Source: Minisyncoccia bacterium (GTDB taxonomy: Bacteria; Patescibacteriota; Minisyncoccia; Phycocordibacterales; UBA5272). Taken from it: a stretch of 61,016 bases of DNA. The notes beneath the pieces were generated by a model. That model ran no database searches and was not told the origin of the DNA. It saw nothing but the letters and a program-made list of their open reading frames with translations. Below, in pieces: positions 48,238-57,075 of the stretch. The first letter of the stretch is position 1. Each line of letters opens with the position of its first letter. Where the stretch lies: the NCBI GenBank assembly GCA_038326985.1, contig JBBQKQ010000003.1, positions 1-61,016 of the forward strand. The letters run 5' to 3'. The position numbers and the translations under genes were made by a program.

Positions 48238-49446
48238 ATGAAATTATTTAACTCACGCACAAGAAAAATAGAAGAGTTTGAAAGTCTTACCCTTGGCGAA
48301 ATAAAAATGTATTCTTGTGGACCTACAGTTTATGACTATGCACACATCGGGAATTTACGTGCCTTTATTTTTGCTGATATTTTAAGAAAAAGTTTAGAGT
48401 TACAAAACTATAAAGTAACACAAGTAATGAATATCACAGATTTTGGACATCTTGTAGGTGATGGAGATAATGGGGAGGACAAAATGAGTGAAGGACTTAA
48501 AAGAGAAAATTTACCACGAAGTTTAGAGGGAATGAAAACTCTTGCAGATAAATATACAACTTCATTTTTAGATGACATTAATAAACTAAATATTAAGAAA
48601 GCTGATTTTTACCCGAGGGCGAGTGAGAATATCTCGGAATACATAAAAATAATTTCAGGACTTAGTGAAAAAGGTTTTACATATAAAATTAGTGATGGAA
48701 TATATTTTAATACTTCTAAAGACCCTCACTATGGATACATGTCTCTTTTAGACAAGCACAATAAAAGTGAAAGTAGGATTGGAGAGAATTCTGAAAAAAT
48801 AAACCAGGCAGACTTTGCACTTTGGAAATTTGCAGATAGCACTGATACTGGTTTTGACTCACCATTTGGGTTTGGTTTTCCTGGTTGGCATATTGAGTGT
48901 TCGGGAATGGCATTAAAGTTTTTAGGTGAACAGATAGATATTCACACTGGAGGTGTGGACCATATTAATGTTCATCATACAAATGAAATCGCGCAAACAG
49001 AAAATTTTACAGGTAAAACTTTTTCAACTTTTTTTTGTCATAATGAATTTTTAGATATTAATGATATTAAAATGTCTAAATCAAAAAATAATTTTTTTAC
49101 TCTACGTAATATTGAGGAGAAAAATATTTCCCCTTTAGCTTTTCGCTATCTAACACTCACTGCAAACTACAGACAAAAATTGAATTTTACTTGGGAAAAT
49201 TTACAAGCTAGTGCAACGGCATTAACAAAACTGCATATTAAAGTAAAAGCTTTTAAAGAGCAGAATTTAGAGCCAAAAATAAATGAAGATTACAAAAGTA
49301 AATTTTTAGAAAAAATAAATAACGATCTCAATACTGCTCAAGCTTTGGCACTAATATGGACATTACTTAAAGACAAAGTGGTATCTGATGGGGAGAAATT
49401 GGGGACAATTCTCTATTTTGATAATGTTTTTAGTTTGGGACTTTAG
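48238..49446 (+). CDS. cysS: Cysteinyl-tRNA synthetase, C-terminally short
   Basis: YSCGPTVY, HIGN, WHIECS, HHTNE, KMSKS, NDLNT. Confidence 0.93.
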   Translation: MKLFNSRTRKIEEFESLTLGEIKMYSCGPTVYDYAHIGNLRAFIFADILRKSLELQNYKVTQVMNITDFGHLVGDGDNGEDKMSEGLKRENLPRSLEGMKTLADKYTTSFLDDINKLNIKKADFYPRASENISEYIKIISGLSEKGFTYKISDGIYFNTSKDPHYGYMSLLDKHNKSESRIGENSEKINQADFALWKFADSTDTGFDSPFGFGFPGWHIECSGMALKFLGEQIDIHTGGVDHINVHHTNEIAQTENFTGKTFSTFFCHNEFLDINDIKMSKSKNNFFTLRNIEEKNISPLAFRYLTLTANYRQKLNFTWENLQASATALTKLHIKVKAFKEQNLEPKINEDYKSKFLEKINNDLNTAQALALIWTLLKDKVVSDGEKLGTILYFDNVFSLGL

Positions 49447-49461
49447 TGTATAATTTATAAG

Positions 49462-49495
49462 ACCTCACCTAGCCTCTCCGGATTTCGGAGAGGGA
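49462..49495 (+). repeat. Dispersed palindromic repeat in dnaB 5' region
   Basis: ACCTCACCTAGCCTCTCCGGATTTCGGAGAGGGA; stem CCTCTCCG/CGGAGAGG. Confidence 0.82.
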
Positions 49496-49497
49496 TA

Positions 49498-50925
49498 GTG
49501 CAAAAAAACAAAAAATATATGGACCCAATAAAAGGACGAATTCCTCCACAAAACTTAGATGCTGAAATGTACCTTATAGCTGCAATTCTTATACGCCCTG
49601 AGGCTTTACACGACATTATGGGCTATTTTCGGGAAGAGTACTTTTATGCTGAAAAACATAAAATAATTTATAAACACATTTTAGAGCTTTTAAATAAAAA
49701 TGATCCTATTGACCTTGTAACTTTGGCCTCTAAAATGCGTGACTCAAAAAGCCTTGACCCAATAGGTGGAGTAGAATATCTTTCGGAAATTGCTGGAAGT
49801 GTGGGAACTTCTGCTTCTGCGGACTTTTTTGCAAAAGAAATATATAAAAAAGCAATTCTTCGTGACGTGATTCGTGCGTCGAACCATATTGGTGAGCTTG
49901 GGTATAAAGAAGATGAAGATTTAGATACCGTGCTTGAGCTTGCAGAAAAACAAATTTTTGACATCACTCAAAAAACAGGAAACCGGGATAATAGCTTTGT
50001 GGAAATAAAAAATACCCTTGAAGATGCTTGGAAAAGAATTGAGCAGATGCACGAAAAAAGTGGAAACTTAAGAGGTGTACCAACAGGTTTTAAAGATTTA
50101 GATAATCTCCTTTCTGGCTGGCAAAAGTCTGACCTGATAATCCTTGCCGCGAGACCTTCCGTGGGTAAAACTTCTCTCGCACTCGACTTTATAAGAAACG
50201 CAGCCATTGGAAGCAAAACACCTGTGGCCTTTTTTACTCTCGAAATGAGTAAAGAACAGCTAGTAGATAGACTTGTATCCGCGGAAAGTAAAGTAAACTC
50301 TTGGAAGCTGCGTACTGGTGCAAAACTTTATGACAATGAATGGGAAATGATACAACAATCTTTAAACAGACTCCGTGAAGCACCAATATACATTCATGAC
50401 GAGTCGGCAATATCACCAATAAAAATGCGAAGTATTTTACGTAAAATGACTTCCCGTTCTTCCTCACCAATTGGACTTGTAGTTGTGGACTATTTGCAAC
50501 TCATGAGCTCGCACAAAAACTATGATAGTATGGTTAATCAAGTGACAGAAATATCTCGAAGTTTAAAAGGAATAGCTAAAGAGTTCAATGTGCCTGTGAT
50601 TGCCCTATCTCAGCTCTCCCGTGCAGTTGAAACTCGTGGTGGTAAGCCCAAACTTTCTGACCTTCGTGACTCAGGAAGTATCGAGCAAGATGCCGATGTT
50701 GTGATGTTTATTCACCGCGACGATTATCAAAAGTCAGCTGCAGATAGAGAGAATACTGGTCCCGCAGAAGCAGAAATATTAATCGAAAAACATAGAAACG
50801 GTCCGACAGGATATGTAAAACTGCACTTCGATAAAGAGCGAACATCATTTAGCTCAATCGATAAACATTTTGGTGATTTTGCAAATGTACCGGAGGCAAA
50901 TATTTCAAATATAGAAGAATTTTAA
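49498..50925 (+). CDS. dnaB: Replicative DNA helicase (likely start ATG 49519)
   Basis: PPQNLDAE, AARPSVGKT, VVDYLQL, ALSQLSR, LRDSGSIEQDAD. Confidence 0.97.
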   Translation: MQKNKKYMDPIKGRIPPQNLDAEMYLIAAILIRPEALHDIMGYFREEYFYAEKHKIIYKHILELLNKNDPIDLVTLASKMRDSKSLDPIGGVEYLSEIAGSVGTSASADFFAKEIYKKAILRDVIRASNHIGELGYKEDEDLDTVLELAEKQIFDITQKTGNRDNSFVEIKNTLEDAWKRIEQMHEKSGNLRGVPTGFKDLDNLLSGWQKSDLIILAARPSVGKTSLALDFIRNAAIGSKTPVAFFTLEMSKEQLVDRLVSAESKVNSWKLRTGAKLYDNEWEMIQQSLNRLREAPIYIHDESAISPIKMRSILRKMTSRSSSPIGLVVVDYLQLMSSHKNYDSMVNQVTEISRSLKGIAKEFNVPVIALSQLSRAVETRGGKPKLSDLRDSGSIEQDADVVMFIHRDDYQKSAADRENTGPAEAEILIEKHRNGPTGYVKLHFDKERTSFSSIDKHFGDFANVPEANISNIEEF

Positions 50926-50953
50926 GGGTACACTTATGCAAAGCTAAGTCTAA

Positions 50954-50987
50954 TTCCTCCTATTATTTAAGGGAGGTTAGGTGGGGT
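50954..50987 (-). repeat. Dispersed palindromic repeat between dnaB and recR
   Basis: ACCCCACCTAACCTCCCTTAAATAATAGGAGGAA; first 17 nt identical to 39052..39085 copy. Confidence 0.88.
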
Positions 50988-51019
50988 CTTATATGATATA
51001 CTTTGATAATTAAAAAAAT

Positions 51020-51670
51020 ATGGAAGAGCACAGAGACTACAAAAGACTTTTTGAATACATGAAGAGTTTTCCAGGAATTGGTAAACGGCAAGCTGAAAGG
51101 TTTGTTTACCACATTTTAACCAAAGACTCTTTTTGGGTTGAGGGATATGTAGACGAAATTAAAAAAGCTAGAATGCAAGTTCACGAGTGCGTGGATTGTT
51201 TTCGAATTTTTAAAAATATTTATGGTGAAAAATTTGATAAATGTGAAATTTGCAGATCAAGCTTGAAAGATCGGTCAATACTAGCAGTAGTTGAAAAAAA
51301 TATTGACGCAGAAAGCTTCTTACAAAAAACTTCTTGGAATGGATTGGTATTTATTTTAGGTGGAAATATTCCAGTCATAGAAAAGAAAAATAGGTCGCGC
51401 GTACGAGTAGAAGAACTTTTAAAATTTATAAAAAAACTTATTAATGAAGAAAAAATAATAAAAGAAATAGTTATTTGTAATTCTTTAAACCCTGATGGAA
51501 TATTTACGGCAGGTGTTTTACATCAAAAAATTCGAGAGCTGTGCGCCGAAGAAAAAATGCAAATAAAAGTCACAACTTTTGGACGAGGATTTTCTACTGG
51601 TACCGAGCTCGAGTATGCCGACCGCGACACACTGCTTTCGGCACTAAACAACCGCTCTGAGAATTTTTAA
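51020..51670 (+). CDS. recR: Recombination protein RecR
   Basis: FPGIGKRQAER, C4 zinc finger, TOPRIM, GTELEYAD. Confidence 0.92.
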   Translation: MEEHRDYKRLFEYMKSFPGIGKRQAERFVYHILTKDSFWVEGYVDEIKKARMQVHECVDCFRIFKNIYGEKFDKCEICRSSLKDRSILAVVEKNIDAESFLQKTSWNGLVFILGGNIPVIEKKNRSRVRVEELLKFIKKLINEEKIIKEIVICNSLNPDGIFTAGVLHQKIRELCAEEKMQIKVTTFGRGFSTGTELEYADRDTLLSALNNRSENF

Positions 51671-51674
51671 AAAC

Positions 51675-52229
51675 TTAGTCTAATTTTGGTAAAATGTATG
51701 AAAGTGGTGGGAGGAGTAAAACAATATATGTTAAATGTGGAGAAAATACAGCTACAAATATTGCAAAAGTGTAGGAGTAAATTCCAATATGTTTAAATGT
51801 TTCCCTGCCGTGTGTATGAGAATTTTTTGGTACAGAAGAATATTTTAAAATTGCGAATGAAATTGAGGAAAGCAGCATAACAAATGAATAAGTAATAAGA
51901 GCAATTTGGTTCAAAGGGTTTTTTGCTAAAAAGTCTGTTGCGAAAGGAATAATAGAAATGAAAAGTAGAAGTAGAGAGTTGCCCCAAACTGTTTTATGAG
52001 TTACAAACTCTATCTTGTTAGTAATATAGTGATGGTTAATCCACATAATAGAAATTGTAACAAATGATAATACAAAAATTAAAAACTGCGGACCAAGATG
52101 AATTAAAGCAAGTAGAGTTTTACCATTATCAAAAGAATTTTGTATTGGTGTTTTTAAATCAAAAGCAAGAAGTGTAATAACGATTGCCATTACAGAATCT
52201 GAAAAAGTCTCGAGCCTATTTTTTGTCAT
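51675..52229 (-). CDS. TMEM175 family potassium channel
   Basis: RLETFSDSVMAIVITLL, WINHH. Confidence 0.9.
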   Translation of the reverse strand: MTKNRLETFSDSVMAIVITLLAFDLKTPIQNSFDNGKTLLALIHLGPQFLIFVLSFVTISIMWINHHYITNKIEFVTHKTVWGNSLLLLFISIIPFATDFLAKNPLNQIALITYSFVMLLSSISFAILKYSSVPKNSHTHGRETFKHIGIYSYTFAIFVAVFSPHLTYIVLLLPPLSYILPKLD

Positions 52230-52316
52230 AAAATTAGTCTAACATATTTTTAAATATGTTTAATCTTAAAATTAAGTTATACTCATTAAATAAAATATTT
52301 TTACATACTTATTATA

Positions 52317-52901
52317 TTGTTCTCTTTTTCCCATCAAGCTTATGCTTTGACAGCCCCGTGTATTAGATACGGATTTGTATATAATTACGCGCTAAATAAA
52401 GATTCTTTACCTGAGGGTGTTCATGTGATAGAAAAGTTAGATAATTATGATGACAAAATATTTTTTCTAGTAAATGATAGTTCAACACCACTCTATCTCA
52501 GAGTTATCGAATCAACCGTCTATAAATTTCAAAATGGAAAAGCATATATGAAGTATATAAATAATAAATATGGTACTGATAATTATTTTGAAGTTGGTCA
52601 AAACCAGTCTAACGACGCAGGATCATTAGAGAGGATACCCACTCGTATTGGTGGATCTAAAATTGATTTTCCAGCAAATCTGAACCCAAAAATACCAGAA
52701 CCTCGAAAATTAAGTTTTGCTGCTGAATATAATGGGAAAAAAATTGAGATGGAGGGTGAGGTAAGTTATGAGCTAAAAGAAAACTTGTGCTGGAAAAATT
52801 TAAATCAACATTCTTTGTTTGAAAAAATGTATTTCTTAATTAAAACGTTTATTGGTTATTTTTACTATTTACCACTTTCATATAATATAAATTCAAACTA
52901 A
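52317..52901 (+). CDS. Hypothetical protein (start uncertain)
   Basis: 194-aa ORF; no family recognised. Confidence 0.5.
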   Translation: MFSFSHQAYALTAPCIRYGFVYNYALNKDSLPEGVHVIEKLDNYDDKIFFLVNDSSTPLYLRVIESTVYKFQNGKAYMKYINNKYGTDNYFEVGQNQSNDAGSLERIPTRIGGSKIDFPANLNPKIPEPRKLSFAAEYNGKKIEMEGEVSYELKENLCWKNLNQHSLFEKMYFLIKTFIGYFYYLPLSYNINSN

Positions 52902-52917
52902 TTAAATAATTCTTTTG

Positions 52918-52998
<81 letters not shown>

Positions 52999-53035
52999 AT
53001 TTAAACAAGATTATAGCATAAAGGAGTTGTTTTTT

Positions 53036-54403
53036 CTATCGCGGATCAAATATTGATGATGGTAAATTCTCCCTATTCACTATTCTGGCAATACGCAAAG
53101 CACCTGCAACACTTGGGACAATACCAATACCATTGCAACCTAAATTATAAAGCAGGTCGGAAAACCTCTTGTCTTTTCCTACTATACGAATACCTGTTTT
53201 TGTGTAACCCATTAATCCATGCCATTTGAAAGTTGGGTTTTCAAAAATATTAAAAATATTTTTTTGAAAACTTTCGAGTTCTTTATAAATATTTTCATCT
53301 ACTTCGTGGTCTTTTTTATAAAGTTTTCTATCATCAAGTTTTATCTCTGGACCACCAATAGAAAATAGTTCACCATTATTATTCGTGTCAATTTTAAAAT
53401 GTCTTTTGGTATAGTAAATATATGGTCCAGCTTCTATTGGGTCTTTGACAGTTTCATACCCTTCTTCATAGAAAATACCACCAGAGTCTTCGGTGTTTTT
53501 GTCTTTTGTGAAAGTCCCTATCATGTACCCAATGAGTCCTGAGATATTGTGATGAAACTCCTTGTCTATTTCCATACCATAGGGACCGTAAATATTAAAA
53601 TTTTCAAAACCATTTGTACACAGAACTACTTTATCAGAAACACAAACACCGTACAAACTATCAATAATACAATTATTGTTTTGCAAAAGTCTTATAGAAT
53701 TTACAAAAGTTTTCTCATAAATTTGAAAACGCTCTTTATAATTGTCCTCACAATATTTTGCCAAAGTTTCAGTAAAAACTGCACTATTACCTATTAACAT
53801 GGTTTCAATTATGATTGCCTGAAAAACATTAACATCTTTTTTTTCAGTTCCTAATAGTTGGTGCATTTTTTCTATAGAAACTACTTCTATTTTATTTTTA
53901 AAATTTTCATGCATTTCTCTGAGCCAAGGAGAATTTTCATATAAATAAATTTTACTTTTTATTTCTCCATATTTTAGAAACTCTTCGTGTAAATTTTCAT
54001 CAAAATGTTTGAAAGTTGAATAAGTAACCACGCTTTTTTTTTCTTGCATTTCACCAAGACCTATTTCTTTGTTTAAGTTTTTATATATTTGTAATGCATC
54101 TTTTAATTCAAAATATCCAGATCTAGCTTTCTCAAGTCCGTGTTCTTTAACTATTTCTTTAAAGGATTTTTCAAATTCGGCAAGTATATATCCCGCGTTA
54201 TGCCCTGTTGCTCCGTGAGCAATCTTGTCACCCTCAAGAAGTATTATTTTTTTGTCAGTAAATTTTAGTAGCATATATGCTGTGGTGACTCCAGCTATCC
54301 CCCCACCAATAATACAGATATCTGTATAGCGTGAGCCCGTCATTTGAGTCAATTCTCTTTTGTATTCAAAGTTGTGTAACCAAGGAGAATTATTTTGCCT
54401 CAT
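53036..54403 (-). CDS. FAD-dependent oxidoreductase (DAO family)
   Basis: IIGGGIAG, GATGHNAG, WHGLMGYT, GCNGIG. Confidence 0.88.
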   Translation of the reverse strand: MRQNNSPWLHNFEYKRELTQMTGSRYTDICIIGGGIAGVTTAYMLLKFTDKKIILLEGDKIAHGATGHNAGYILAEFEKSFKEIVKEHGLEKARSGYFELKDALQIYKNLNKEIGLGEMQEKKSVVTYSTFKHFDENLHEEFLKYGEIKSKIYLYENSPWLREMHENFKNKIEVVSIEKMHQLLGTEKKDVNVFQAIIIETMLIGNSAVFTETLAKYCEDNYKERFQIYEKTFVNSIRLLQNNNCIIDSLYGVCVSDKVVLCTNGFENFNIYGPYGMEIDKEFHHNISGLIGYMIGTFTKDKNTEDSGGIFYEEGYETVKDPIEAGPYIYYTKRHFKIDTNNNGELFSIGGPEIKLDDRKLYKKDHEVDENIYKELESFQKNIFNIFENPTFKWHGLMGYTKTGIRIVGKDKRFSDLLYNLGCNGIGIVPSVAGALRIARIVNRENLPSSIFDPR

Positions 54404-54440
54404 AGAAAAAATATTTTATATGTGCTAGTATACAACATAA

Positions 54441-55298
54441 ATGAATTCTTCAAACAAAAAAATATATTTTATTGTGGGCCCAACCGCAAGTGGTAAAACT
54501 GCTTTGTCTATTGAGTTGGCTAAAAAAATTGGTAATGCCGAGATAATATCTGCCGATAGCAGACAAGTTTTTAAAGGATTTGATTTAGCTACCGGAAAAG
54601 TAACGCCCGAGGAAACGGGAGACATACCACATCATATGCTAGACATTGTTGACCCAGGAAAGGAGTTTTCTGTGTATGATTTTACTGAACAAGCAATGCA
54701 GAAAATAGAAGAAATATTTGAGCAAGGAAATACTCCAATTATTTGCGGTGGCACTGGCTACTATATTGATAATTTAATCTATGACTATAAACTACCCTCT
54801 GTTGAAAAAAATGAAGATTTAAGAAAAGAGTTAGATACAAAGACTAGTCGTGAACTGTTTTTAATGATACGTGACAGAGATAAAAATTATGCAAATGTTG
54901 TTTTTGAGAAAAATGAACAGAATAATAAAGTGCGACTAATACGAGCTTTGGAAATAATCTCTCAAATAGGGTTTGTACCAAAACTTAAAAAAGTTTCTAG
55001 ATTCTCAAATGTAGAATTTATTTTTACAAATGTTGAGCGAGAAGAGTTGAGAACTAGAATTCATAAAAGAATTTTAATTCGCTTAGAACAAGGAATGCTC
55101 AAAGAGATAAAAAGTGTGCAACAAAAGTATAATTTGTCTTATGATTATTTAGAAAAACTTGGTCTAGAATTTAAATGGGCATCAAAATATTTTAGAAAAC
55201 AAATTACACAAGAACAATTCATAGAAAACCTTTTTAATGAAACTTGTCAGTATGCTCGTCGACAAGATACTTGGTTTCGAAGATACAAAAATTACTAA
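54441..55298 (+). CDS. miaA: tRNA dimethylallyltransferase
   Basis: GPTASGKT, ISADSRQVFKG.D..TGK, GGTGYY, YARRQDTWF. Confidence 0.96.
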   Translation: MNSSNKKIYFIVGPTASGKTALSIELAKKIGNAEIISADSRQVFKGFDLATGKVTPEETGDIPHHMLDIVDPGKEFSVYDFTEQAMQKIEEIFEQGNTPIICGGTGYYIDNLIYDYKLPSVEKNEDLRKELDTKTSRELFLMIRDRDKNYANVVFEKNEQNNKVRLIRALEIISQIGFVPKLKKVSRFSNVEFIFTNVEREELRTRIHKRILIRLEQGMLKEIKSVQQKYNLSYDYLEKLGLEFKWASKYFRKQITQEQFIENLFNETCQYARRQDTWFRRYKNY

Positions 55299-55383
55299 AT
55301 TTGCTAAAATTACCTAAAATTGTTAGTATATATTCTATAGCTGCGGCATAATGTCGTAGCGTCCATTTTCAGGGAGATCAGTC

Positions 55384-56232
55384 ATGGATATTAGAAACTT
55401 CAACGAAATGTTGCGACTCAAGTGGCAGCAAGGCAAATCTGTCTGCGTAGGCCTAGACAGTGAATTTGAAAAAATTCCTGTCGAAATCCGAACGAAATAT
55501 GGCAGCGATGTCATGGCAGCGATACTTGCTTTCAACAAGCAAATAGTCGACGCCACTCACGATATAGTGTGTGCATACAAACCAAACTCCGCATTCTACG
55601 AAGCTTGCGGCTCAGATGGTATTAATGCACTCACCCAGACAGTTAAATATATCCGCCAAGTAGCACCAGATGTACCAATCATTCTGGATGCAAAACGTGC
55701 GGATATCGGAAATACGAATGGTGGCTATGTCAAGTTCGCGTTCGAAATTGTCCAAGCCGACGCCATAACAGTTCATCCTTATTTGGGAGGAGAGGCTCTC
55801 GAGCCATTCCTTTCACAGAAAGAAAAGGGTGTGATTGTCCTTTGTCGGACATCAAACCCCAAGGCTGGTGAGTTTCAAGACTTACCAGTGAATGAACTTC
55901 CACTTTACCAATACGTGGCTAAACAAGTCGCGTGGAAGTGGAACAAAAATGGCAACTGTGCCTTGGTAGTAGGAGCAACATATCCCCACGAGTTGCGGCA
56001 AGTCCGTAAAATCGTGGGCGAAATGCCAATCCTGATTCCAGGTATCGGAGCTCAAGGAGGCGACGTCGAAGCCACCGTGGCAGCAGGCAAGTCCCCAAAT
56101 GGAGCTGGTATGATTATCAGCTCTTCTAGGGGAATCATCTATGCTACGGAACTCCAAGGGGAAGAATTTCCTGCTGCAGCACGCCGTGAGACGAAAAAGC
56201 TTCATGACCAGATCCAAAAATATTGTGGGTGA
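55384..56232 (+). CDS. pyrF: Orotidine-5'-phosphate decarboxylase (long subfamily), GC-rich
   Basis: CVGLD, AYKPNSAFY, LDAKRADIGNT, VVGAT, LIPGIGAQGG, SSSRGI. Confidence 0.95.
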   Translation: MDIRNFNEMLRLKWQQGKSVCVGLDSEFEKIPVEIRTKYGSDVMAAILAFNKQIVDATHDIVCAYKPNSAFYEACGSDGINALTQTVKYIRQVAPDVPIILDAKRADIGNTNGGYVKFAFEIVQADAITVHPYLGGEALEPFLSQKEKGVIVLCRTSNPKAGEFQDLPVNELPLYQYVAKQVAWKWNKNGNCALVVGATYPHELRQVRKIVGEMPILIPGIGAQGGDVEATVAAGKSPNGAGMIISSSRGIIYATELQGEEFPAAARRETKKLHDQIQKYCG

Positions 56233-56260
56233 AAATACCCCATCGTGTATATAATGTCCT

Positions 56261-56285
56261 AGGTGCCGCAAAATCTGCGGCACCT
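56261..56285. terminator. GC-rich hairpin between pyrF and pyrH
   Basis: AGGTGCCGCA-aaatc-TGCGGCACCT perfect 10-bp stem. Confidence 0.75.
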
Positions 56286-56312
56286 TATTGTTTTAAAAAA
56301 TTCTGATTTTCC

Positions 56313-57032
56313 TTAGCTTATTATTGTTCCTTCAAATTTATTTTCTAGAATTTTATTTAATATTCCCCTTTCCAATTTTGTAACATAAATGGGTAGTTTA
56401 TTTTCTTCCGCCAAACTTATTGCAGCTTTATCCATTACTTTAATATTTTTATTGGCAAATACGGTTTCAAAATCAAGTTTTTCATACTTTACTGCATCAG
56501 AATTTTTATTTGGGTCTTTGTCATACACACCATCTACTTTTGTTATCTTTACAACAATGTCACATCCTAACTCTAAAGCTGCTGAAACACTCGCAGTATC
56601 AGTAGTCACAAAAGGGTTGCCCGTTCCTCCGGCAACTATTACTACTCTTCCCTTTTTCATATGCTCAATTGCCCGAAGCCTAGTAAAACCTTCAGAAATT
56701 TTATTGGCTTCCAACTTTAAAAGCAACCTACAAGTTTGTCCTTTGCTTTCAAGGATATCATTTAGTGCCATACTGTTCATAATTGTCGCTAGCATTCCCA
56801 TGTAGTGGGCAGTACTTTCTAAAATCAGGTTTTCGCTTTTGTGTAATTCTGCACCTCTAACAAAATTTCCCCCTCCTACAACTATCGCTATTTGCACCTC
56901 ATGGATTTCCAAGGTTTTTTTAATGTCTTCTGCTAAAAGTTGAATTACGTCGGTATCAATTCCCTTTCCACTCTGTCCGTCCTTTTCGCCCCCAAACTGC
57001 TCACCTGATAATTTGATTAGTATTCTTTTCAT
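56313..57032 (-). CDS. pyrH: UMP kinase
   Basis: RILIKLSGE, VVGGGNFVRG, GGTGNPFVTTD, VDGVYDKDP. Confidence 0.96.
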   Translation of the reverse strand: MKRILIKLSGEQFGGEKDGQSGKGIDTDVIQLLAEDIKKTLEIHEVQIAIVVGGGNFVRGAELHKSENLILESTAHYMGMLATIMNSMALNDILESKGQTCRLLLKLEANKISEGFTRLRAIEHMKKGRVVIVAGGTGNPFVTTDTASVSAALELGCDIVVKITKVDGVYDKDPNKNSDAVKYEKLDFETVFANKNIKVMDKAAISLAEENKLPIYVTKLERGILNKILENKFEGTIIS

Positions 57033-57075
57033 AATTTTATTAATATTATATACACAAAAACAATTAAATCAAAGT

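Noticed and set aside
13138-50987. CRISPR array from the ~34-nt palindromic repeats
   Set aside because: Copies are kilobases apart in both orientations with no spacer periodicity, and no cas genes are present.
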